A stretch of 64,000 nucleotides of DNA from an uncultured Gemmatimonadales bacterium (lineage in GTDB: Bacteria; Gemmatimonadota; Gemmatimonadetes; Gemmatimonadales; GWC2-71-9), in assembly GCA_963795085.1 (NCBI GenBank), contig CAWCFX010000003.1:32001-96000 (forward strand), in the 5' to 3' direction. The notes below the pieces were generated by a model. That model had not been told where the DNA came from, did not search any database, and worked only from the letters and a program-made list of their open reading frames with translations. Both the position numbers and the translations under genes were made by a program. Within the stretch, counting starts at the first letter, position 1. The number at the start of each line of letters is the position of its first letter. Below, piece after piece: positions 37,389 to 47,151 of the stretch.

Positions 37389-39227
37389 CTACCGCAGGCC
37401 CAGCCGCCGCCGCGCCAGCCACTCGACCCCGAACCCCGCGACACAGAGGCCAAAGAGCCAGATCCAGCCGCGGGCTCGCGATGGCACCGGGCCGGCGAGA
37501 AAGGGCGCATCGGTCCGCGCCGCGAGGGTCACCGCGCGGGGCAACCATTCCTCCGAATATTTTTCTACCGCCACCAGCCCGCTCCCTCCTCCTTCCAGCC
37601 GGTAGCGGTAGGCGCCTGGGGGAAGCCATGCCGCGGCCTGCCCCGCCCCATCGAACTCCAGGGTATCGCGGCGGGCGCCCGCGGAATCGGTCCAGACAAT
37701 CTCGAGCGGAACCGGCTGGCCATCGGCCAACCACTGGAAAATCACCGGCCGCTGATTGGCCACGACGGGCCGCACGGGGCGGGCCTTCCCGGTGACGGAG
37801 TCCACACCGCCCAGGAGCCAGCTGGTCGTCGCCGCCACCCATGTACGGTAGCCCTGCTCGCTGCTGCCCCCGCGGAAGGCCCACCGCCACAACCCGTCTG
37901 CCGCGACCGTGATCTCCCGCCGGCCCCCGCTCGAGCGGCCCACCATGACCGGCCGGTCGGCCCCGCGGCGCCCGTTCTGGGCGGTCAGCGCCACCCACCC
38001 ATCGGCCTCCGGCTGGATCGGCAGCACCTGGACGGCGGGGGGGAAGGAGTCCACGGGGAGGCCGGTGAAGGCGCCGGCAATCGGCGAGAGACTCCCCGGC
38101 GTGATATACCAGTCTCCCGGCAGCGCGGTCGCGCCCGCGCCGCGGCCTTCGGAAGGCCAGTGCCAGATTCCCCGTGCCCGGGTTCCCGCGGCCAGCGAAG
38201 GATCGCCGGTGACTACCAGGAGGTCGGCGCCGCGAGCCGCCCGCCTGACCTCGTCCCCGGCGACCGGGGCCAGGTTCGCATAGGACCGCCATCGGTCGGC
38301 CTCCACCCGCACGTATCCGCGGACCGGCAGCTGGGCTACATCCAGGAGTGTCCGGTAGAGTGTGCGGCTGTCCCAGTCCGCCGACCCGGCGAGCAACACC
38401 ACGCCCGGCGTCGGGGTCACCGCGACGATCACCCGGCGCGCGTCATCCCTTGGCTCGGCATCGGCAATGCCGGTGAGCCGGATATCCAGCAGGTTCTCCC
38501 CCGCAGCGAGGCCGGCGGAGCCCAGCACGACGGGCACCAGCACGCCGCCGGACACTGGCGTGATGCCCAGGCGCGCGAGGACGCGCCCCCCCGCCGCTAC
38601 CTCCAACCCCGCCGCACCGGGCAGGCCGGCCCCGAACCCGGTGACCGTGACCACCAGCGGGATCGAGTCCCCGGCGGTGACCCTGGCCGGATGCTCCACG
38701 CCGGTGATCGCGACGTCCGAGCCGGCCCGCCGGGGAAAGAGGCGAACCCGGGCCCGCCCGCCCAGGTCGGGGGGAAGGTCGGCACCATCCTCCAGCTCTC
38801 CATCGGTGACCACGATGACCGGGCGATCCGACGCGGCGGCCGCCCGGAGCGCCGGGGCCAGCCGGGAGCGGCCCCGTACCGGCGTGGTGTCGGGCTGGTC
38901 CACCCGTTCATCGCCGAAAAGTCGGACCGATCCCCAGGCCAGCGACGAATCCCGCGCCTCCAGCCATCGCCCGCTGTCGGCGGCCATACTGAGCGAGGCA
39001 TCCAGCAGCACGAGCGGGCGTCCCGGTGAGCGGCGGGCCGCGCAGCTCAGGTCCAGCAGCAGCAGCCCCAGGCCGGCCCACGCCAGCCAGCGGCCGGCCA
39101 GCGGAATCCAGTGCCGGCGCAGCGCCGTGAGACCCCGCCGCCCCTGGGCGGGCTCCAGCCAACCGTAGGTGAGGGAACTGACCAGGAGAGCCAGGAGGGC
39201 GACGGCGAGAACGAGCATGGACGGCAC
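37389..39227 (-). CDS. Membrane protein with vWA-like domain
   Basis: N-terminal TMs, LLDASLSM (DxSxS), VVTDG, C-terminal TM and EWLARRR. Confidence 0.65.
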   Translation of the reverse strand: MPSMLVLAVALLALLVSSLTYGWLEPAQGRRGLTALRRHWIPLAGRWLAWAGLGLLLLDLSCAARRSPGRPLVLLDASLSMAADSGRWLEARDSSLAWGSVRLFGDERVDQPDTTPVRGRSRLAPALRAAAASDRPVIVVTDGELEDGADLPPDLGGRARVRLFPRRAGSDVAITGVEHPARVTAGDSIPLVVTVTGFGAGLPGAAGLEVAAGGRVLARLGITPVSGGVLVPVVLGSAGLAAGENLLDIRLTGIADAEPRDDARRVIVAVTPTPGVVLLAGSADWDSRTLYRTLLDVAQLPVRGYVRVEADRWRSYANLAPVAGDEVRRAARGADLLVVTGDPSLAAGTRARGIWHWPSEGRGAGATALPGDWYITPGSLSPIAGAFTGLPVDSFPPAVQVLPIQPEADGWVALTAQNGRRGADRPVMVGRSSGGRREITVAADGLWRWAFRGGSSEQGYRTWVAATTSWLLGGVDSVTGKARPVRPVVANQRPVIFQWLADGQPVPLEIVWTDSAGARRDTLEFDGAGQAAAWLPPGAYRYRLEGGGSGLVAVEKYSEEWLPRAVTLAARTDAPFLAGPVPSRARGWIWLFGLCVAGFGVEWLARRRLGLR

Positions 39228-39241
39228 GCGATCGGAAAAAG

Positions 39242-39961
39242 TCAGCCACCGGCCGCCTGGAGTGCGGCCTGCAACGTAAACGTCTGCTCGTACAGCGCCC
39301 GCCCGACGATGACTCCCGCGATCCCGGCCCGGTCCAGGGCCCGCAGGTCATCCAGCTTCCCGATTCCTCCGCTGGTTATCACCCCGGCGCCAAGCTGCTG
39401 CAGCTCGATCGAGCCCGGAATATCAGGGCCATGGAGCATGCCATCCCGGCTGATATCCGTGTACATGATGGTCCGGATGCCCCGTTCTACCATGCGCCGG
39501 GCCACGTCCTCCGCCCGGAGGGTGCTGGTCTCCTGCCAGCCCCGGAGGGCCACCAACCCGTGCCGGGCGTCAATCGCGGTGGCCACCCGGGCCGCGCCGG
39601 CCTCGGCCAGGACGGTGGAGACGAAGTCGGGGTCAGTCACGGCCGTGGTGCCGAGCACGATCCGGGCGACCTCCAGGGAGAGCACCTCGCGCACCCGTTC
39701 CAGGGTGCGCAGCCCTCCGCCCAGCTGTATCTGTACGTACGAGCCAACCCGCTGAACGATTCGGTCGATAATGGCCGAGTTTTCCCCGTCGCCGAATGCC
39801 CGGTCGAGGTCCACGATGTGGAGCCAGCGGGCGCCCTGCATGACGAAGCGCTGCGCCATGGTGACGGGATCCTGCTCGTACACGGTGGCGCGGTCGGGGT
39901 CGCCCTGGCTCAGTCGAACGACGCGGCCAGAGCGGATGTCGATAGCGGGATAGAGTTCCAA
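39242..39961 (-). CDS. hisA: ProFAR isomerase
   Basis: PAIDI, HIVDLD, GGGLR, TDISRDG, SGG, GRALY. Confidence 0.92.
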   Translation of the reverse strand: MELYPAIDIRSGRVVRLSQGDPDRATVYEQDPVTMAQRFVMQGARWLHIVDLDRAFGDGENSAIIDRIVQRVGSYVQIQLGGGLRTLERVREVLSLEVARIVLGTTAVTDPDFVSTVLAEAGAARVATAIDARHGLVALRGWQETSTLRAEDVARRMVERGIRTIMYTDISRDGMLHGPDIPGSIELQQLGAGVITSGGIGKLDDLRALDRAGIAGVIVGRALYEQTFTLQAALQAAGG

Positions 39962-39969
39962 CCGGGAAA

Positions 39970-41214
39970 CTAGGGGAGCTCGATGGCGATGATATCGCCC
40001 TCGCGGTAGAGCTGGCTGGCCAGGGTATCACGGGCCCGCTCGAAGGCCCCGCGCTCCGCGGCGGGGACGGGTTCGCCGTTCGCGAGGTCGATCCGGCGGG
40101 AGTCCTTGGCGACGCCGTTCACCCGGAACTCGTAGTGAAGGTGGGGGCCGGTCGCGAGACCGGTGCTCCCGACGTAGCCGATCACCTGCCCCTGGGATAC
40201 CCGGGTGCCGGACCGGATCCCCGAGGCAAAGCCGCGGAGATGGCCGTAGCGGGTGGTGATGCCGTTCGCGTGGGTCAGCTCGACCAGGTTGCCGTATCCC
40301 CCGGCCCGGCCGGCGCGGAGAATGGTCCCGTTTCCGGCCGCCATCACCGGAGTTCCAGGAGTGGCGGAATAGTCGGTGCCCTGGTGCGAGCGGTAGCGGT
40401 TCAGCACCGGGTGGAAGCGGGAACGGGAAAAACTGGAAGAGATCCGCCGGAACTGCAACGGCGCCCGGAGGAAGGCCCGTTTGAGGGAATTGCCCTCCTC
40501 GTCATAGAAGCTTTCCTGGCCCTTCTGGCCCCGGAAACGGAAGGCCGGGAGCGACTTGCCGGCGATGCGGAGATCCGCCGCCAGGATCTGCCCGAACCGC
40601 ACCTCGCCCTCTTCCGAGACCATGCGCTCGATCAAAACCTGGTACGCATCACCGCTGCGGATGTCGCGGGTGAAATCCACCTGCCACATGTAGGTGTCGG
40701 CCAGGTCCCAGGCCAGCCGAACCCGTTCCGCCCCGTTGAGCAGCGAGTCGTTCACCTGCTGGTCGAGGGCGACATAGAGCGACTGGTTGATGTCGCCCTC
40801 GAGCCGGAGGGTTTGGGCCCGCCATGCGATGGGCCGGGAGACCGCGTTCCACTCGGCGCCGTTCCAGTCCATGGCGATCCGGCTCTCGGGCCCGCTCCGG
40901 AAGACGATCTGGGACGGCGTCGAGTCGGCCCCTTCCCGGCGAAACGCGAACACCAGCCCCGGCCGGAGCCGGCGCGGGTCGACCCTGCCCTCGGCGACCA
41001 GAGCGGAGACGGCAAGCCCGCTGACCTGGTTGCGGGCGAAGAGGTCGGAGAGGGTTTCCCCGTGCCGCAGCGTATCACTCGACTCCGTGAAGGCGCGGGT
41101 GACGACGATCGGGGTGGCGACGTGCAGCCGCTGCCAGGGCCACTCGTTCCGGAGGGCAAAGGTCGCGGCGAAACCGAGCACCGCGACGGGCAACAGGGTC
41201 CGGAGGATTCGCAT
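39970..41214 (-). CDS. M23-family peptidoglycan DD-endopeptidase (MepM-like)
   Basis: HQGTD (HxxxD), YGHL, GPHLHYE. Confidence 0.9.
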   Translation of the reverse strand: MRILRTLLPVAVLGFAATFALRNEWPWQRLHVATPIVVTRAFTESSDTLRHGETLSDLFARNQVSGLAVSALVAEGRVDPRRLRPGLVFAFRREGADSTPSQIVFRSGPESRIAMDWNGAEWNAVSRPIAWRAQTLRLEGDINQSLYVALDQQVNDSLLNGAERVRLAWDLADTYMWQVDFTRDIRSGDAYQVLIERMVSEEGEVRFGQILAADLRIAGKSLPAFRFRGQKGQESFYDEEGNSLKRAFLRAPLQFRRISSSFSRSRFHPVLNRYRSHQGTDYSATPGTPVMAAGNGTILRAGRAGGYGNLVELTHANGITTRYGHLRGFASGIRSGTRVSQGQVIGYVGSTGLATGPHLHYEFRVNGVAKDSRRIDLANGEPVPAAERGAFERARDTLASQLYREGDIIAIELP

Positions 41215-42380
41215 CAGTCCATCTGCCTCCGGATGAAGGTCGGGATTTCCATGTCAGGCACGTCGCTCGCCGGGTTGACCGCCTTCTTGGGAACATCCGG
41301 CTTGGGCTCCGGGCGCGGCTCCCGCGCGGCCGCGGCCAGCGGGGGCGGCGTCGCCCGCTTGGAGGGGAACGCGAGCACCCCGGGAGCGCTGGGCTGGATC
41401 TGCCGCGGATCCCCGGTGACCGCGCGGTCGAATCCGGTCGCTATGACGGTGACGCGCACTTCGCCGTGCATCGCCGGGTCGGACGCGGCGCCGAAGATGA
41501 TCTCGGCCTCGTCGCCGGCGGCGTCGTGGATGATCTCGCTGATCTGGGTGGTCTCGCCCAGGGTCAGGTCTTCGCCGCCCACGATGTTGATCAGCACCCC
41601 GGTCGCGCCCGAGATGGAGACGTTGTCGAGGAGCGGGCTGGAGATGGCCTGCTGGGCCGCTTCCATGGCCCGGTTCTCGCCCCGGCCGATACCGGTCCCC
41701 ATCAGCGCCGCCCCGCCGTTCTGCATGACGGTGCGGACGTCGGCGAAGTCCACGTTGATGATGCCGGTGCGGGTGATCAGGCCGGCGATGCCCTGGGTGG
41801 CGTGGAGCAGGACTTCGTCGGCCTTCTTGAGCGCGTCCTGAAAGGGAATCCCCTTTCCCACCACCGCCAGCAGCCGCTCGTTGGGCACCACGATCATGGT
41901 GTCCACGTTCTTCCGCATTTCGGCGATGCCCATTTCGGCCTGGCGCATCCGCTTGCGGCCTTCGAAGAGGAACGGCTTGGTGACGATGCCAACCGTGAGG
42001 GCGCCACCTTCGCGGGCCATCTGGGCAATCAGCGGCGCCGCTCCGGTCCCGGTGCCGCCGCCCATGCCGCAGGTGACGAAAACCAGGTCGGCATTCTGGA
42101 TCGAGCCGGCCACCTCGTCCCGGTTCTCCTCGATGGCCTGGCGTCCGATCTCCGGCCGCGCCCCCGCGCCTAGTCCGCGGGTCAGCTTCCGGCCGATCTG
42201 GACCTTGACATCCGACTTGCTCGAGAGCAGCGCCTGGCTGTCGGTATTCACCGAGATGAACTCGACACCCTGCAGCTGCTCGTCGATCATCCGGTTTACC
42301 GCGTTGCCCCCACCCCCGCCCACACCCACGACCTTCATGCGGGCGTTTTGCGCCGTGTTCTCTTCGAGCTCGAAGATCAT
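41214..42380 (-). CDS. ftsZ: Cell division protein FtsZ
   Basis: GGGTGTG, NVDFAD, C-terminal EIPTFIR. Confidence 0.99.
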   Translation of the reverse strand: MIFELEENTAQNARMKVVGVGGGGGNAVNRMIDEQLQGVEFISVNTDSQALLSSKSDVKVQIGRKLTRGLGAGARPEIGRQAIEENRDEVAGSIQNADLVFVTCGMGGGTGTGAAPLIAQMAREGGALTVGIVTKPFLFEGRKRMRQAEMGIAEMRKNVDTMIVVPNERLLAVVGKGIPFQDALKKADEVLLHATQGIAGLITRTGIINVDFADVRTVMQNGGAALMGTGIGRGENRAMEAAQQAISSPLLDNVSISGATGVLINIVGGEDLTLGETTQISEIIHDAAGDEAEIIFGAASDPAMHGEVRVTVIATGFDRAVTGDPRQIQPSAPGVLAFPSKRATPPPLAAAAREPRPEPKPDVPKKAVNPASDVPDMEIPTFIRRQMD

Positions 42381-42415
42381 GGAATCACCTCAGTCGACTG
42401 GCGGAAGGGTAAACA

Positions 42416-42436
42416 CACTCTGCACTCTGCACTCTA
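42416..42436. repeat. Heptamer repeat (CACTCTG)x3 overlapping ftsA stop
   Basis: CACTCTG CACTCTG CACTCTA. Confidence 0.7.
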
Positions 42437-43684
42437 GAAGAAGTCCTGTAACCACCGCTTCACCGGCCCCAGCACTTTCTCCATGTTCTGGGACCGGCGG
42501 CCCCCGGTGCCGAACCCGGACAGCGCGGCTTGCCGGGCCCCGTAAAGCAGCAAGCCCGCCGACACCGCCATCCGGGGCGAGTCCACGCTGTCGGCCAGGC
42601 CGCTCAGCCCCTGGCCCGGCTTGCCGACCCGGGCCGGCATCGCGAAGACGTCCCGGGCCAGCTCGACAATCCCCGGCGCCAGGGCCCCGCCACCGGTCAG
42701 GACTACCCCGGCGGGCAGCCGCTGGTGGAACCCGGCCCGGGTCATTTCGTCCCGGGCGAATTCGAGGACTTCCTGCAGCCGCATGTGCATAATATGCGCA
42801 AGCACTCGCCGCTCCGCGTTCCGGGGTCCCTGGCCCGGCGTGCTGGGCAGCCCGATGATATCGCTGTCCGGGACCAGCGGCTCGTAGGCCGCCCCGAACC
42901 GCTCCTTCAGTTTTTCGGCATCCTGCTGGGTAACCTGAAGCCCGTGGACGATGTCCCCGGTCACGTGGCCCCCGGCGCAGAGCAGCGATCCGGTGTGCCG
43001 GATCTTGCCGCCCTGGAAGATCGCGACGTTGGTGGACCCGCCGCCCAGCTCGACCAGGGCGCACCCCAATTCCAGTTCGTCCGGCGTCAGGGTGGCCAGG
43101 GATGCCGCCAGCGGCTCCAGCACGAACTCCGCGACGTTGAACCCGGCCCGCTCGACGCACTTCTTCAGGTTGAGCAGCACGCTGCTGAGCACGGTGACCA
43201 GGTACACCTCGGCCTCCAGCCGCGAGCCGGTCATGCCGATGGGCTCGCTGATCCCGGGCTGCTGGTCGATAAGATAATCCTGCGGAATCGCGTGCAGCAG
43301 TTCATGGTCCCGGCCGAACGACACGTTGCTGGCCATGTCGTTCACCCGGGCCACGTCCCCGGTGCGGATCTCCTCGCCCGTCACCGACACCATGCCATGG
43401 GAACTGCGCCCCGCCACGTGTTCGCCCGCGATGCCGCAGTAGGCGGCGCCCACTTCCACGCCCGCCATGCGCTGGGCGTCCTTCATCGCCTTGGCGATGG
43501 CGCGGGTGGTCTCCTCGATGTCGCGGACCACGCCCCGCCGGATGCCGCTGCTCCGCTCGACCCCCACGCCCAGTATCCGGGCTACCGGCGCCCGGACGTC
43601 GCCGGATACCTCGGCGATGGTCGCCGCCACCTTGCTGGTGCCCAGGTCGAGGGCGGCGACCAGCCGCTGCACGGGCGGCGTCAT
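42434..43684 (-). CDS. ftsA: Cell division protein FtsA
   Basis: ALDLGTSK, AEKLK, VLTGGGA, C-terminal amphipathic WLQDFF. Confidence 0.96.
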   Translation of the reverse strand: MTPPVQRLVAALDLGTSKVAATIAEVSGDVRAPVARILGVGVERSSGIRRGVVRDIEETTRAIAKAMKDAQRMAGVEVGAAYCGIAGEHVAGRSSHGMVSVTGEEIRTGDVARVNDMASNVSFGRDHELLHAIPQDYLIDQQPGISEPIGMTGSRLEAEVYLVTVLSSVLLNLKKCVERAGFNVAEFVLEPLAASLATLTPDELELGCALVELGGGSTNVAIFQGGKIRHTGSLLCAGGHVTGDIVHGLQVTQQDAEKLKERFGAAYEPLVPDSDIIGLPSTPGQGPRNAERRVLAHIMHMRLQEVLEFARDEMTRAGFHQRLPAGVVLTGGGALAPGIVELARDVFAMPARVGKPGQGLSGLADSVDSPRMAVSAGLLLYGARQAALSGFGTGGRRSQNMEKVLGPVKRWLQDFF

Positions 43685-44373
43685 CCCCGCCTCCGCCGCA
43701 CCACGACGACCTGGTCCGCAAAGCGCCCGTCCAGCTCGGCATAGCTCTGGTTCTTCCGGGCGAGGTCCGCCGCCACCGCTGTCACTGCCAGGATCGCCTC
43801 CGCTGATGCATCGGGTCGGAACCAGTACCGCAGGGAATCCACTTCGAGGACGACGTCCCTCCGCGACCGGGACGCGAGGTTGATCCGGGCGAACAAGCCG
43901 GGATCCACCGCCAGCACCTGGGCCAGCAACCCGGCCACCGCGGAATCACGCTTCGCCATGATCGGCAGGTCGGGCGCCGCCAGCGCCGGGTCAAAGGGCA
44001 GCGCCCGGCCGTGCTCATCCACCAGGTTCAGGCCGCCCTCCCCCGGGGCCAGCGCCACCGGCCGAGCCTCTTCGATGTCCACCCGCAGGGTACCGGGAAT
44101 CCGCCGGGACACCGAGACCTTCCGCACGCCGGGCACCGATCCCAGCCGCTCGGCGACGCCGTCCAGCCCGTCGAAGATGCTCGCGCTGTCCCCCAGCCGG
44201 ATGGCGGGGACCAGCCGGTCCGGGGTCAGGTAGGTCGTGCCGTGGAACTCGACCCGACGCAACCGGAAGAAGTCGAGATCCCGGGCCAGCGGGGGTAACC
44301 CGAACCAGAGGCCGGCGGCCACTGCCGCCGCGGCCAGCACCCGCCACCCCGGCTTCAGCCGGCGACGAGCCAC
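43681..44373 (-). CDS. ftsQ: Cell division protein FtsQ
   Basis: TM plus POTRA (FFRLRRVEFHG...RRIPGTLRVDIEE), ELDGRFADQVVV; position. Confidence 0.85.
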   Translation of the reverse strand: MARRRLKPGWRVLAAAAVAAGLWFGLPPLARDLDFFRLRRVEFHGTTYLTPDRLVPAIRLGDSASIFDGLDGVAERLGSVPGVRKVSVSRRIPGTLRVDIEEARPVALAPGEGGLNLVDEHGRALPFDPALAAPDLPIMAKRDSAVAGLLAQVLAVDPGLFARINLASRSRRDVVLEVDSLRYWFRPDASAEAILAVTAVAADLARKNQSYAELDGRFADQVVVVRRRRG

Positions 44374-45725
44374 TCCGCCAGTTCCCTTCCGACCCGGGTA
44401 ATGTCCCCGGCACCCAGCGTCAGCACCACGTCGCCTGGTTCGATCGCGTCCAGGACCGCCCGGCCCAGGTTTTCCCGCGCCGGCTCGAACACCGCCTCGG
44501 CGCCGGCCGCCCGTGCCGCATCGGCGACCTGCCGCCCGCTGACCCCGGCGACCGGCGTTTCCCGGGCCCCATAGATCTCGGAGACGATCACCAGGTCGGC
44601 AGCGGCCAGCGCCCGACCCATATCCGCGCCGTGGGCTACGGTCCGGGAGTAAAGATGCGGCTGGAAGACCGCGACCAGCCGGCGGCCCGGATAGGCCTGT
44701 CGAGCCGCCGAAAGCGTGGCGGCCAGCTCGGAATGGTGGTGGGCGTAATCGTCCACCAGGGCCACCCCCCCGAACTCGCCCAGCCGCTCGAACCGCCGTC
44801 CCAGCCCGCCATAGACGGCGAGGGCACCCAGCGCGGCCTCGAGGTCCGCCTTCATGGCCCACACCACGCTCAGGGCGCCCGCCGCATTGCGCAGATTGTG
44901 GAGCCCGGGAACCGCCAGCCGGAGGCCGACCGTACGGCCATCCGGAAACCGCACCCGGGCCCGCGACCCGGAAGGTCGCTGTTCGATCTCTTCCAGCGCG
45001 ATCGCTGCGTCGCCGGTGCCGAACCAGAAATGACGGTTGGATAACCGGTTTCCCACCCGTCGAGCCCCGGCATCATCGGCACCCAGGAATGCCACCTCGG
45101 CCCGCCCGGCAAACTCGACAAAGGCATCTTCCAGTGCCTGGACCGACCCGTAACACTCCAGGTGATCCGCCTCGACGTTGTTGACGACGGCGTAGGTCGG
45201 TCGCAGTGTCAGGAATGCCTGGTCGTATTCATCGGCTTCCACGACGAAGATCCGGTCCCCCGCCAGCTTCGCGTTGCCACCCCACTCGGCCACCCGGCCC
45301 CCGGCTAACCCGGTGGGTTCCAGGCCCGCCGCCGTGAGTGCCAGGGTCGTCATTACGGTTGTGGTCGTCTTGCCGTGGGTGCCGGCCAGCGCCACCGTGG
45401 TCCCGCCGGCGATCAGCTGCGCCAGCGCCTCCTTGCGAGGGATCACCGGGACGCCGGCCCCCCGGGCCGCGACCAGTTCGGGATGATCCGCCGGCACCGC
45501 GGCGGTCACCACGAGCGCTCGAGCCCCGGTGACATGGGCCGGATCGTGCCCCTGGATCACCGTTGCCCCCGCCGCGGCGACGTCCCCGGTGCCGCTCAGG
45601 TCGCCATCGCACCCGCTTACCAGAACACCTCGGCGACGCGCGACAAGCGCCAGAGCGCTCATACCCGCACCGCCGATTCCCATGAAGTGGACAGGTCGGG
45701 AATCCGAGGGGTCGAAAAGATCCAT
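44355..45725 (-). CDS. murC: UDP-MurNAc--L-alanine ligase
   Basis: HFMGIGGAGMS, GTHGKTTT, EADEYD, DDYAHH, FQPHLYSRT. Confidence 0.96.
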   Translation of the reverse strand: MDLFDPSDSRPVHFMGIGGAGMSALALVARRRGVLVSGCDGDLSGTGDVAAAGATVIQGHDPAHVTGARALVVTAAVPADHPELVAARGAGVPVIPRKEALAQLIAGGTTVALAGTHGKTTTTVMTTLALTAAGLEPTGLAGGRVAEWGGNAKLAGDRIFVVEADEYDQAFLTLRPTYAVVNNVEADHLECYGSVQALEDAFVEFAGRAEVAFLGADDAGARRVGNRLSNRHFWFGTGDAAIALEEIEQRPSGSRARVRFPDGRTVGLRLAVPGLHNLRNAAGALSVVWAMKADLEAALGALAVYGGLGRRFERLGEFGGVALVDDYAHHHSELAATLSAARQAYPGRRLVAVFQPHLYSRTVAHGADMGRALAAADLVIVSEIYGARETPVAGVSGRQVADAARAAGAEAVFEPARENLGRAVLDAIEPGDVVLTLGAGDITRVGRELAEWLVAG

Positions 45726-45813
45726 CGTTGGTGAGCTAATCTATAATCTTTTCACGAGTTGCGAAAGACAGCAGGATCGTGGAAATGTCGAAAGAATAGA
45801 CACTTGGGAGAAC

Positions 45814-46938
45814 TTACCTACCCCCATTTGGGCCGGATGACCCGGCAAGCAGGGCGAGGAGGTGCGCGACAATTTCGGCGGCTGCCAGGGGCCGGCCACG
45901 GGTCGACGCAGCCACGCTCATGGCCCGCCGCCGGACGGGGTCGGCCAGCAGCCCCTCGATAGCCTCCCCGAGTGAGCCCTCGGTCAGCTCTGACTGGGGG
46001 AGGTGGATCGCCGCCCCCGCCTCGGCCAGGGCGCGCGCATTGGAGGACTGGTGATCCGCCGCCGAGGTGGGAAGCGGAATCAGGATGCCGGGAAGCCCGT
46101 GAGCGCACATCTCCGCGATGGTGATGGCACCGCCCCTCGCCACGGCCAGGTCCCCCGCGGCCATGGCGTCCGACATCGGGTCCAGAAAATCGAAGACCTG
46201 CACCAGCGGAGGGCGGGCGTAGCCACGGAACTGGTCGTACGTCCCCCGGCCGGTCGCCCACAGGAGCGCGGTATCCCGGCCCCCGCCACCGTCGAGCCAG
46301 GCGGCAATCGCGCGATTGATGGCGAGCGCGCCCTGGCTGCCACCGGTTACGAGCACAACCGGGAGGCCTTGCGGAATCCCCAGGCGCGCCCGGGCGGCCT
46401 CGCGCCGGCCAGCGGCTGGAGGAACGATTGGATTGCCAGTATCGAACACCGTGGTGCGAGGACCCGGCTCGAGGTAGTGGCGGGCTTCCGGGAGCCCGAG
46501 GTAGACATGATCCACCCGGCGGGCGAGCCAGCGGGTGGCAAGGCCGGGAAAGGCGTTCTGCTCCTGGATAGCGGTGGGAATGCCGCGCCGGTGGGCCAAC
46601 CATACCAACGGCCCGGAGGCGTACCCGCCGGTCCCCACCACCAGCATCGGCTGTTCCTGGTGGAGCAGCGTCCGCATCTGGCCCATGAGCCGCGCCGCGA
46701 TGAACGGCCAGCGGATGTTCTTCCACCATTGTCGCCGATAGATCGGCTCGGCCGCCAGCAGGTGATAGCGGTAGGGACGGGCCGGCAGGAGGTGGCTTTC
46801 GACACCCCGGGTCGCGCCGACCAGGACGGGCTCGAGATCGGGCCGCGCCTCTCGCAGAGCGCTGGCGATCGCCAGAGCGGGCATGAGGTGGCCGCCAGTG
46901 CCACCCCCCGTAACGATGACTCGCCCAGGCCTGCTCAC
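45814..46938 (-). CDS. murG: Lipid II GlcNAc transferase
   Basis: GGGTGGH, GTGGY, QEQN, GGSQGA, HQ..NA. Confidence 0.96.
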   Translation of the reverse strand: MSRPGRVIVTGGGTGGHLMPALAIASALREARPDLEPVLVGATRGVESHLLPARPYRYHLLAAEPIYRRQWWKNIRWPFIAARLMGQMRTLLHQEQPMLVVGTGGYASGPLVWLAHRRGIPTAIQEQNAFPGLATRWLARRVDHVYLGLPEARHYLEPGPRTTVFDTGNPIVPPAAGRREAARARLGIPQGLPVVLVTGGSQGALAINRAIAAWLDGGGGRDTALLWATGRGTYDQFRGYARPPLVQVFDFLDPMSDAMAAGDLAVARGGAITIAEMCAHGLPGILIPLPTSAADHQSSNARALAEAGAAIHLPQSELTEGSLGEAIEGLLADPVRRRAMSVAASTRGRPLAAAEIVAHLLALLAGSSGPNGGR

Positions 46939-47119
46939 TGGCAGACCTGGACGAGCCCGAACCACGTTGGAATGCGCTGCGGAAGAATGATTACGCTCGG
47001 GTGAATCGGGTTATCTCCTCGCTTTCACTTTCCGCGAAATTCCCCGTAAGGGGGGGCGGAGGCCGTGGGCCGGCGACGGAGCCACGAAGCCGAGCCTTCT
47101 GCCTTCTCTCCCCCTGTCG

Positions 47120-47151
47120 TGCCCCCGTGCCCCCTTGCCGCCTTGCCCCCT
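47120..47151. repeat. Octamer repeat (TGCCCCCT)x4 directly after the LVIVD stop
   Basis: TGCCCCCG TGCCCCCT TGCCGCCT TGCCCCCT; reverse complement of the tatD repeat unit. Confidence 0.85.
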
